From positions 61,566,001 through 61,630,000 of the forward strand of contig CM060732.1 in the NCBI GenBank assembly GCA_030704615.1: a stretch of DNA of 64,000 nucleotides. Reading direction: 5' to 3'. Both the position numbers and the translations under genes were made by a program. Of this stretch, positions 1 through 10,289 are shown piece after piece. The DNA comes from Takakia lepidozioides. Lineage: Eukaryota > Plantae > Bryophyta. The notes beneath the pieces are model-generated. The model was not told the origin of the DNA, ran no database searches, and saw only the letters and a list, made by a program, of their open reading frames with translations. Positions within the stretch are counted from its first letter, which is position 1; each line of letters starts with the position of its first letter.

Positions 1-1767
1 GCAGACTCCACCGCATGGTAGGGGATCCGGGAGAAAAAACAAGGGTGTGGTTGATCCCAAGGACCCGTACCATGCAGTGGAACATCCCACGAGGGTCATT
101 CGTCCAACCAGGTTGGAGATTGCCAACGTCGGGTTCCTTGCCATGATGGAGTCGAAGAAATCTGATTACAAGGGCGAGCCATCACCAGTGTGGGAGAGGA
201 TTGTCGAGTTCCTCAGCACGGTGCGTGTTCTCTTTGGGTTCTGTGGCTTCTGCTCTCTTTGTCTGCTGTGGGCATGGATCGTTTATAAACTTGTCAGAAT
301 TCCATTGTATTTTTGTTTGCAGGCTAAAATGACCAAATCGTGGGTGAACGGGAAGGAGAAGCCATATGCAGCGGAACTCATCATCTTGGACATCCCTGAT
401 GGGTTGGCAGTCCCGGATATCCCACCATCGGGTGCTTGTCCGGGTTGGAATGCATTTGATGAGCGCTACTGGCGGTGGGTTTTTTCCTTTTCCAACTTCT
501 TCCTTTCCGATGCAGGTGTTTTGGTTCTCATCCAGTCCATCGATGTTCGGTGTCGCCGTGCCCTTGCCAGCTATTTGAAAGCCTCGGGCATGAGAGTCCT
601 GAAGACATGGAATTGTGTGAACAGCATGTACCTTACGAAGGGGGATCGTCCGGGAGAGATGGTGAGTTTCCCTTCTTCTTCCTCTTCTTTTTTGTTCTGG
701 GATTGTGTTGTGTAGGTCGCTCAAACTCATATGTAGGGGCCCGATTTTATTTTGGTTCTTAGTTCCTTCTGGATGTCATGTTCGCAGACTCGTCTGTTTG
801 AAGCTGTTTGTCTCGTCCGGGTGCATCCACCAACGACTCCGACCGGCATTACGGAGTTTGCCATCACTCACGGGGGCAAGTTCATAGATGACAGGACAGA
901 TCCTCCCACGGATGACATGCATCACAACTACGTCGACAGCAACGTGTGCTTGCGAAGGGGGAATGGGGTTCCTTGGAGAGGGGCGAGGGAGAGGAGCCCG
1001 GCTTTCATTCAAACGATTGTGGAGTGCTGCACCTACACAGACGCCAGAGTTCTGGATTTGTCGATGGGCACAGGTTCGTCCCTTCAACATTCACATTTCA
1101 TGAGGTTTGATTGAGCTTGCACTTTCAGCATTTTCCACCGTTCCGAATGTGTCTTCAATGTCTGCTTACTTCATTCTATTCCACTGCAGGTGCTTCGTAC
1201 CACGCTTGCAAGGCCAGTGCGCGACATGTCTTTGGGATTGAAGGGGATGCTGAGATTTACAAGAACCTCCTGATGGGTTTGGGTGGACACACTTCTCAGG
1301 TCCTTCCGAAGCCCCGTCCCGCTGATACTGGTACAGAGGAGACTTCTGACAAGGAGCTGGACTCCGACTTTGCCTGTGAGTAAGTTGAACCTGTGCATGC
1401 TTGCATTGTTGTTTCATTATCGAGAATCGCTGTTCTTGAGGCAAAGTGCAAATGGGAGACATCCTCTTCGTTGGACTTGTGCATTGCATCATTGTGTTAA
1501 AAATGGAATTTTGTGGACATGTGTAGGAGTCCGCGTGCTTCCACTTGCCCTCCTGGGCTATCACACCTATTTGGACTTGTTTTCAGTCCTCCTCGGTCTT
1601 CTGTGCTACCTGTCTATGCGGAGGCACTCGCAGCAAGCATGTCCGTTCATGGCACTCAGAGTCCACCTTGCGATGGCCTTCGTAGAACACGTGGTGTTGG
1701 GGCCAGAATCTTTGTAGATGACATAGCACAGGAGGTGGACATTGATTGTGATGACTGCGACACTTGA
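1..1767 (+). CDS. Intron-containing beta-class amino-methyltransferase (N6_N4_Mtase-like) gene, 5' part outside window; exons ~5-220, 323-661, 788-1073, 1190-1379, 1527-1767
   Basis: Four phase-compatible GT-AG introns join the ORF pieces into one open frame. Motif order is beta-class: ELIILDIPDG (motif IV position, DPPY-like, 389-403), then PWRGARERSPAFIQTIVECCT, VLDLSMGTG (motif I), ASYHACKASARHVFGIEGD (motif II). Confidence 0.7.
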
Positions 1768-2019
1768 TATGAAGTATTCTTTTGGTTTAATTCTGGGACA
1801 AATTTGAAATGGGATGGTTGTGTGTCCTTATTGTCCTCTTTGCAATGTGTGCATGGAATTCACATTCATGGTTCCAAACTATTGTTGGAGATGGGGGTTG
1901 CATGGACTGCCCGGATTGTTCCTTCAATATATTTGTTGTTTTGTGGACCTCACAGACTTGAGTACATTGCAAAAACAAACAAACCACTTTGTTCTCAATT
2001 CTCAATTCTCCCCACATCA

Positions 2020-2171
2020 ACCCGCGGAAATAGGTGACCCCACTCGGAAATAGGTGACATCCGCGGAAATAGGCACTGTTTGCATGCTGACGTGGCGTGA
2101 GCCTGTGCTGGGCTCACGCTTTCCTGGGCTCACAGGCTCACGCCTCCAGGCTCACGGAATAGCACCCCCCG
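2020..2171. mobile_element. Probable right terminus of a DNA transposon (subterminal repeats plus terminal GGAATAGCACCCCC)
   Basis: Three GGAAATAGG repeats, several GGCTCAC repeats including the inverted pair GCGTGAGCC/GGCTCACGC, and an abrupt junction into the middle of a PPR repeat at 2172. The partner end is not in the window. Confidence 0.5.
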
Positions 2172-3095
2172 TTGGAGACCTATGAGCAAATGATGGGGGA
2201 AGGGGTGAAGCCCGACCACATCACGTTTGTTTCCGTTTGCAATGCTTATGCAAGCCTGGCAGCCCTGGAAAAGGGAAAAGAGGTCCATGGTGACATCGTC
2301 AAAGCTGGAATTGTACACTGCCCTAGTGGACATGTATGCCAAATGTGGGTGCATTGAGGATGCGAAGGGAGTGTTCGACAATATGGCTGAACGAAATGTG
2401 GTGTCGTGGAACACGATGTTCGCAGGATATGCCTAGCATGGTGTCATAGGGAGGTCCTGCAACTATTTGAGGGAATGTAAAAGAATGGCTTGAAGCCGGA
2501 CAGTATCACCTTTATATGTGTTCTCTGTGCATGCAGCCACTCTGGCCTACTGAATGAAGGAAATCAAGATCATGGTGTCACTCCGACAGTAAAGCACTTT
2601 GGCTGTATGGTGGACCTTCTTGGACGTGTGGGACAACTGGATGAGGTAGTGGATCTGATTAATAAGATGCCAATCAATCCAGACGTTGTGGTGTGGAAGG
2701 CCTTGCTTCGTGCCTGCAGAATCCATGGCAATGTGGAGATGGCTGAATGTGTGGCAACATCTATCCTCAAATGGGATGAACACTAGGATGCCGCGACTTA
2801 TATCAAACATCTATGCTGCAGCTGGTAGGTGGGATAATACTGCAAAGGTGAGAAAAATGATGAAGGTTAGAGGGCTTAGAAAGGAGCCAGGTCGCTGCTG
2901 CATTGAGGTTGGCAACAGGGTGCACACCTTCACTGTAGATGACATCCCAGAATTAAGGAAATCCATGCTGAGCTGAGTCTAGGCAGATGAAAGGAGGCGG
3001 GGTATGTGCCTGACGCGCGCTTTGTATTGCATGATGTGGGGGAGGAGGAGGAATTTTCTGTTTGCCACCACAGTGAGAAGCTGGTCATTGGTTTT
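2172..3095 (+). pseudogene. PLS-class PPR pseudogene: last PLS repeats, E1/E2, PG box, truncated DYW
   Basis: GVKPDHITF, VDMYAKCG, HFGCMVDLLGR, VVWKALLRACRIHGN, KEPGRCCIEV, GYVPD, HHSEKL; frameshifts and stops. Confidence 0.9.
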
Positions 3096-3349
3096 GTGTC
3101 TGGAGACGAAGGTAGTGGATCTGCCAACATCCAGTCCAACAGGTGAAGTCCTGGCAGAACGGGAAGATGAGATTTCAAGTACCTGAATATTAGGCAAGAG
3201 GAACTGACCCTGCTAAGATGAAGTTGACTTGGAAGTTGACTTGGAAGCTGACGTGTCCAAGGCCATGTTGGAAGAGTGCAAAATGTCCGAACAACAGTTA
3301 GGCATAAAACCCTGAACTCATTTTCGGTTTGTGACATGGATGAATGAAG

Positions 3350-5703
3350 GGCAGCCTTGCGTGTGCAAACCTAGGAGCCCTGGAAAAGGGGAAAGAGGTC
3401 CACGATGAGATCGTCAAAGCTAGAATTGTACCAGATGTCATTCTGAACACTGCCCTGATGGACATGTATGCCAAATGTGGGTGCATTAAGGATGCAAAGG
3501 CAGTTTTCAACAATATGTAGGCTGAACAAGATGTGGTGTCGTGGAGCGCAATGCTTGCAGGGTATGCACAGCAGCGAGGCTTTGGAGACCTATGAGCAAA
3601 TGATGGGGGAAGGGGTGAAGCCCAACCACATCACGTTCCTTTGCGTTTGCAATGCGTGTGCAAGCCTGGGAGCCCTGGAAAAGGGCAAAGAGGTCCATGA
3701 TGACATCGTCAAAGCTGGAATTCTACCAGATGTCATTCTGAACACTGCCCTGGTGGACATGTATGCCAAATGTGGGTGCATTAAGGATGCAAAAGGCAGT
3801 TTTGAAAGTTCAACAATATGCAGGCTGAACGAGATGTGGTGTCGTGGAGAGCGATGCTTGCAGGGTATGCACATCAGGGACGTGGGGTGGAGGCTTTGGA
3901 GACCTATGAGCAAATGATGGGGGAAGGGGTGAAGCCCAACCACATCACGTTTGTGTGCGTTTGCAATGCATGCGCAAGCCTGGCAGCTCTGGAAAGGGGC
4001 AAAGAGGCCCATGGCGACATTGTCAGGGCTGGAATTGTACCCGATGTCATTATGAACAATGCCCTCATGGACATGTATGCCAAATGTGGGAGCATTGAGG
4101 ATGCGAAGGCAGTGTTCAACAATATGGCTGAATGAAATGTGGTGTCGTGGACCGCGATGCTTGCAAGGTATGCACAGCAGGAGCGCGGGACGGAGGCTTG
4201 GAGACCTATGAGCAAATGATGGTGGAAGGGGTGAAGCCCGACCACATCACATCTGTGCGTTTGCAAGCCTGGCAGCCCTGGAAAAGGACAAAGAGGTGCA
4301 AGGTGACATCGTTAAAGCTGGAATTGTACCAGATGTCATTGTGAACACTACCATGGTGGACATGTATGCCAAATGTGGGTGCATTAAGGATGCAAAGGGA
4401 GTTTTCAACACTATGGCTGAACGAGATGTGGTGTCATTGAAGACGATGCTTGCAGGGTATCCACAATAGGGATGTGGTATGGGGGCTTTGGAGACCTTGA
4501 TCAGAGGATGGGGCAAGGGGTGAAGCCCAACCACATCACGTTTTCTATGCATTAGCAATGCGTGTGCAAGCCTGGCAGCTCTGGAAAAGGGCAAAGAGGT
4601 CCATGGCGACATGGTCAGAGCTGCAGTTGTACCAAATGTCATTCTGAACAATACCCTCGTGGACATGTATGAAGGGAGTGTTCGACAGTATGGCTGAAGG
4701 AGATGTGGTGTCATGGAGTGCGATGATTGCAGGATATGCACAGCAAGGGCGCGGGATGGAGGCTTTGGAGACCTATGAGCAAATGATGTGCGAAGGGGGT
4801 GAAGCCCAACTACATGACGTTTGTTTGCATTTGCAATGCGTGTGCAAGCCTGGCAGCCCTGGAAAAGTGCAAAGAGGTCCTCCATGGTGACATTATCAAA
4901 TCTGGAATTGTACCCGATGTCATTCTGAACGCTGCCTTGGTGGACATGTATGTCAAATGTGGGTGCATCGAGGATGCAAATGGAGTGTTTGCCAGTATTG
5001 CTGAACGTGATGTGGTGTGTGCATTGAGGCTGGACTTGAGGGGGATGTCCCTGTGGGGTCTGCCCTTGTCAGCATGTATTGCAGGTGTGAGAGTTTGATG
5101 GATGCCCCCCGAGTATTTGACGTGCAATGCCCAAGCGAGATGGGCTCTCATGGACTGCTATGATTGCAGGATCTGCTCAGCATGGTCATGGTCATTTTAA
5201 CTCTTTCAGCGCATGCAAAGAGAAGGCATGAAGGCAGGTATTGTCTCTGCTTGGTGCCTGCAGAATCTATGGAAATGTGGAGTTAGCAGAGTGTGCTGCA
5301 GAATGTATTTTCAAGGTGAAATCACAAGATGGATACATTTGCCGTTGGAGATAGATCTCACCCACAAGCAGAGGAGATCTATGATGCGTTAGAGAGATTG
5401 ACTTGGCAGATTAAGGAGGCGGGATATGTGCCTGAGACACGCTTTGTGTTGCATGATGTGGATCAGCAGATGAAGGAACATGCTCTTTACCACCACAGTG
5501 AAAAGTTGGCCATAGCTTTGGGGCTCATTAGCACACCCCCTAGGACCCCTATCCGCATCATTAAAAACCTATATGTATGTGGGGACTGCCACACTGGCAC
5601 CAAGTTGATATCCAAAATTGTTGCACGATAAATTATTGCAAGGGATGTCATCTGCTTTCATCACTTCAACGATGGGGTGTGTTCTTGTGGGGACTACTGG
5701 TAA
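3350..5703 (+). pseudogene. PLS-DYW PPR RNA-editing factor pseudogene
   Basis: About five ~303-nt P-L-S triplets with indels, then SHPQAEEIY...GYVPETRFVLHDV...HHSEKLAIALGL...CGDCH...CSCGDYW-stop (5703); internal stop at 5629-5631 and deleted E region. Confidence 0.92.
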
Positions 5704-6349
5704 TAAACTCAGGGTAATACAACAGCCAAAAAACACTCCAGACAGTTGTTTCACCTACCAAACTAAAAAATATCTTTCCCCAGGGTATGTTACCCACCTA
5801 TTGGTAAGGCCTTAAAGTTCTCCCAAGGTTATTTCCCTTGATTTAATACAAGTTACCGCATATATATAAAGAAAAATCAACCTTGTCGGGTGTGGTATGA
5901 TCTTCTCCCCAAACCCCCCCCCCCCCCCCCCCCCCCCCCCTCGGGTCCCATGTGCCTTGTGCTCGGTTAGTGATCCTGGGTTCAATCCTTCAACATGTGC
6001 CTTCAAACCGACCATTGGCCTCTAGATGGGCTGTGTTGAACAGTAGGCTCTATAGATTCATTGGACATTAAAGAAAATTTACCTTTATCTTTATCAAAGA
6101 GGTTATTTTCTCCTCACCATAATGAAGGGCCTGATTTGTGAGAAGTAGCTTCCCGGTTTTGCTTTTCTTTTTTTCCTTTTCTTTCTTTTGAAAGTCTTAG
6201 GTGTCTACCTATGGTAATGCAGCTTAGTCTTAGTGGCAATCTTTATGTGCTTCGTCAAACTCTGGGGATGCCAAAGAGGAGGGACCAGCAGAATTTCAGC
6301 CCTTTTTTCTTTGAAAAATAAAAATAACATGATAGCTTCGGCAACACTC

Positions 6350-6630
6350 CTCCGTTCTTCTTCCGAAAAACAATGAAATACAGAGTGTATGCATGTAACA
6401 CCATGGGAATGACCCACCCCTTTTTGTGAAAATTGAACATAGGTCTTAGAATCGTCGCAAGTAGTGCGGAGCAACGCGAAGCCCTAGTTCTAGCGACGAC
6501 AGAAGGTCGGAAGCTAGTTTAGCGTAGAGCAGGAATAGGGTGCCATAGTGCCACGTCATTGTAGCCAGGTCATCGTAGACACGTCATCGTCGTCGTCAAT
6601 TTCTTTGGAACCTGCCCGAAATGCCCGAAA
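6350..6630. repeat. Dispersed repeat R1, partial copy 1
   Basis: Shares GAAGCCCTAGTTCTAGCGACGAC-GAAGGTCGGAAGCTAGTTTAGCGTAG and flanks with 13370-13650 and 39560-39850. Confidence 0.8.
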
Positions 6631-7042
6631 ATAACCGTAAGAGACGTCTTGCAGCGCGCGGGGTGCTTGAGCAATTTGCAGATTATGAGTCCACCGCATG
6701 AGAGCTGGAATTTGCATGATGGTGGGACAACCGCAATCGCAAGGTGTGGCTTTTCTTAATGTACTATGTGAAGATGTTTGTCCATCCTACAAATGTGGGC
6801 TCTTGGCTCCTGTTAGTACCACGATTAGGTGTTCTTCCTGATGTTTACAAGGTTCTTGGGAGATTCAGCTTGGTCTTAGCAGGCCCTGTTTCAATCTCTG
6901 CCTGCTCAGCTCCACCGTGGTGGTTCTCACAAACCAATCCGACATTACCTGACTACAGACACAAGCAGCACACACAAGAGGTCCTTTTGGGTTGATGGTC
7001 GGTCAAATCCTCCATGGGTCATGACGCAAGGTCAAGGACAAA

Positions 7043-8790
7043 GTGGTGAGGGCACCTTCTTCTTTGACCTATTTTAGCCTGTTTTTCCCTCTCATCAGAC
7101 TCGGCCATGAGATGCATATTGAATTCTCTAAGTTAGCTCGTTGGGTGGACCTGTGGTATCCAAAAACAGACAACAGAGATGAGGAGAAGCTTTGGAATGA
7201 ACACTTGTCCGACTCCAGTCAATGGTGGGACAATGGAGACAAAAAGGTGAATGCGTGTTGGACTACAGAGAGAAGCAGATGCAATTCAGAATTGGAACTA
7301 CTGTAGTAAGTAGGGTTGGGGTGTTTGCTGGAAGAACTTCACGCTGTCAGTGTCAATTGCTAGTAGCAAGGCTGAGGATGTATTCATGATCTGTACACAG
7401 GCAGGGATACCTGAAGGACCAGGGATAGAGGTCCAGATTCATCCAAGAGGGCCGGATTTCAAACACGAGATTACTTCTGATTCCCTGTGAATCCATAGCT
7501 AAATCTGCGTGGATAGATGGTCAACTGGAAACAGCAGCGGCAACAGCACAATTAATAGAACAAGGCACTGCTAATGAAGGCACCTTCAACACATTTCAGC
7601 CTGTTTTTTTTCCCTGTCATCAAAGTTGTCCCTGAATTTTCATGTTGAATTCTGCAAGTTAGCTCGTTGGTAGATCTATGGTGGTTTTGGAGTGATTTGG
7701 ACATGTTACTGCCAATGTGGCAACAGGAAAGTATCGAAAAACATATAACAGAGACGAGGAGAAGCTCTGGAATGAATACGTTTCTGATCCCAGTCAATGG
7801 TGGAACAATCGAGGCAAAAAGGTGAATGCCTGTTGGAAGCAGATGCAAGTCAGTAGGCACTAGTGCGATAAGTAGGGTTGGGGTGTTTGATGGAACAATT
7901 CTAGGTTGTCATTGTCAGCTGCTAGCAGCAAGGCAAGGATGTATGCATGATTTGTGCAGAGGCATGGATAGCTGAAGGAGTAGGGATAGAGTGTGGATAC
8001 AGATTCATCCAAGAGGGCCGGATTTCAAGCCCCAGATTACCTATGATTCCCTGTGGATAAATAGCTACAAGAAACCTGCATGGGTAGATGGTCAACTAAA
8101 GGCAGCAGCTGCAGCGGCACAGTTGATAAAATCAGGCACCTCAACCATGACCACAACTTCTGAAAGAGGATCAAGAGAGGGAGTCCACAATGCCTCTTCG
8201 GACATGTGAAGATGCTTTGTGCGGCAGGCAGACTGACAGAGGCTCTACAGACTTTAAACCAAGAAGGCATTTCAGCAGATTCAGATACGTATGTCTGTCT
8301 CTTGCTTAAGTGCATTAAGATGGAAGGTCTGGAAGCTGGAAAGCAGGTGCACACTCACATTATCCAAAGTGGATCACGCCAAATGTTTTTCTACTCAATA
8401 CCCTTGTCAACATGTATGTAACGTGCGGGAGCATCATGGATGCTCACCAAGTGTTCAACAGAATGCCTCAGCGATCTTTGATCACATGGAATATAATGTT
8501 GGCAGGATTTACCAAGCTTGGGTATGGTAGGAATGCTTTGGAGACCTATGAGCAAATGCTGCGCGAAGGGGTGAAGCCCAACCACATCACATTTGTTTGT
8601 GTTTGCAATGCGTGTGCAAGCCTGGGAGCTCTGGAAAAGGGGAAAGAGGTCCATGGTGACATCATCAAAGCTGGAATTGTACCAGATGTCATTCTGAACA
8701 CTGCCCTGGTGGACATGTATGCCAAATGTGGGTGCATTAAGGATGCAAAGGGAGTTTTCGACATGAACGAGATGTGGTGTCGTGGAGTGC
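7043..8790 (+). pseudogene. 5' part of PDF-motif/PLS-PPR gene: two intron-split OSB-type PDF motifs followed by the first PPR repeats
   Basis: DEEKLWNEHLSDSSQWWDNGDKK|intron 7247-7436|IHPRGPDFKHEITSDSL*; DEEKLWNEYVSDPSQWWNNRGKK|intron 7822-8002|IHPRGPDFKPQITYDSLWINSYKKPAWVDGQL; then KMLCAAGRLTEAL...PLS repeats. Confidence 0.75.
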
Positions 8791-8794
8791 GATA

Positions 8795-9432
8795 AACTGG
8801 AGGGAAAGTAATTTTACCATGGTTCCAGAGGGACAATGGACGATGCCATTAAAAGCGAATCCTTGCTCAAGTGCACGCCTCCAACCAAGCAACCAGAATA
8901 TTTCAAAGTGAGAGCTCACTTGAAGATTACACCAGGTGGGTTTTCTGTTGAAAATCCGCTTGTGTATTTTGCAGAAGGTCTGTATTATCCCAAGGATGGG
9001 AAAATGTACATGAAGGGCTGTCGACCAGTAGATGCCAATTGGACGCTGCCCCAGGACAATGCAGATTCCTTAGATGATGGGCTTGACTGTTCCCTTGAAA
9101 TTGTTCTGGAGTACCCCGCAATAGTTGCTAGGTGGCTCACAAGACCAAGTGTGAAGATAGACATCACCAGCCGGCGGAATGTGGACGAACCTTTTTACTT
9201 CAAACTGATGAGTCTTGAGACTTTCCCGATCGGTTACAAGCGACAGCGAGATGAGATCATTTCTCGGAAGAGTCTGGAAGGGTCATTGAGTGTGGCAACC
9301 CTAACTCTGATGCTGCTATGTATCGGTGCCCAGTTGTCACATGCCAAGCACCATCTGGAGTCGACGCCCTACATCTCGCTTGGGATGCTTGGTGTGCAGA
9401 CTGTGGACTACATAATTCCTCTTATTACAGGT
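8795..9432 (+). pseudogene. Fragment of a DUF2921-family plant membrane protein gene
   Basis: EGLYYPKDGKMYMKGCR, DGLDCSLEIVLEYP, PYISLGMLGVQTVDYIIPLITG match the DUF2921 pattern; ends at a splice donor (ACAG|gttag). Confidence 0.75.
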
Positions 9433-10289
9433 TAGTAGCTGACTGATCACCTAAGATCTCTTGCCCTTTTGAACAAGACACAGATGGTTATAGCTCTTCC
9501 CCAGCCAAAGTCAGCTTTAATTTAGGGATTCCTTTGTGTGATGTACAGAAATCTATAAAGGAGTTTGGAGTATGAGTGGGAGGGGATGATCTACATCTTG
9601 TGACATGACCAAATGCAGGTGAACTTCACACAAATTTCATCGCTGCTGGGCCAGCAGGAGCTGGAAAGCAAGCGTGTACCTCGAATGGTGTCAGGCAAGA
9701 CTTTGCCTTGCTTTCCCCCATGGGGTATCGGTGCTCACGCCTGTGGTTTCATTAGTGATCGCTTATTAACAGGGCTCAGGCCTCAAGAGTACTATTTCCA
9801 TTGCACGGCAGGCCGCGAGGGGTAGGAAATTCTCCCTCTGTCCGTTTCTTGTTTGTCCTCATCTCTCCTATCAGAGTGATTCTATAATGAAGAGTTGTTT
9901 CGAAGGGAGGTGTACCACTGGAGTAAGCATTCAGTGGTGGTAGTAGCCCTCATTCTGCACACCGTCCCCTTCCTGTCTTTTGTGCTCTATCTACAACAGG
10001 TGTTTGGGTTTCTGGCCGTTGGGTTATGCAAGCAAAGCCTAATTATACATCTCCCTCTCCTCCTTGCAGAAAGCCCATTTTATGGTGCAAATTTGGCTTG
10101 AAAATGCATTGGCCTAAATAGGTATGATATAAGGGAGCAATATCCTATACTAGACTAGTGCATCTTCATTAATAATTTGGTAAAAACATATTGAACATAT
10201 ATGATCCATTGATGTGCATGTTACTTGATTTATGTTTTCACTCATGCAGGCTGGTGGATACAGCTGTCAAGACATCATGGAGTGGCTAT

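Noticed and set aside
3095-3340. Possible LTR fragment ending TGTGACA after the truncated DYW
   Set aside because: No partner or homologue in the window to support it.
5914-5940. Long poly-C run / G-quadruplex
   Set aside because: Simple homopolymer of unreliable length with no supporting context.
6460-6495. Helitron 3' end (GCAACGC...CTAG) in repeat R1
   Set aside because: The hairpin is weak and homology among copies continues ~150 bp beyond the CTAG.
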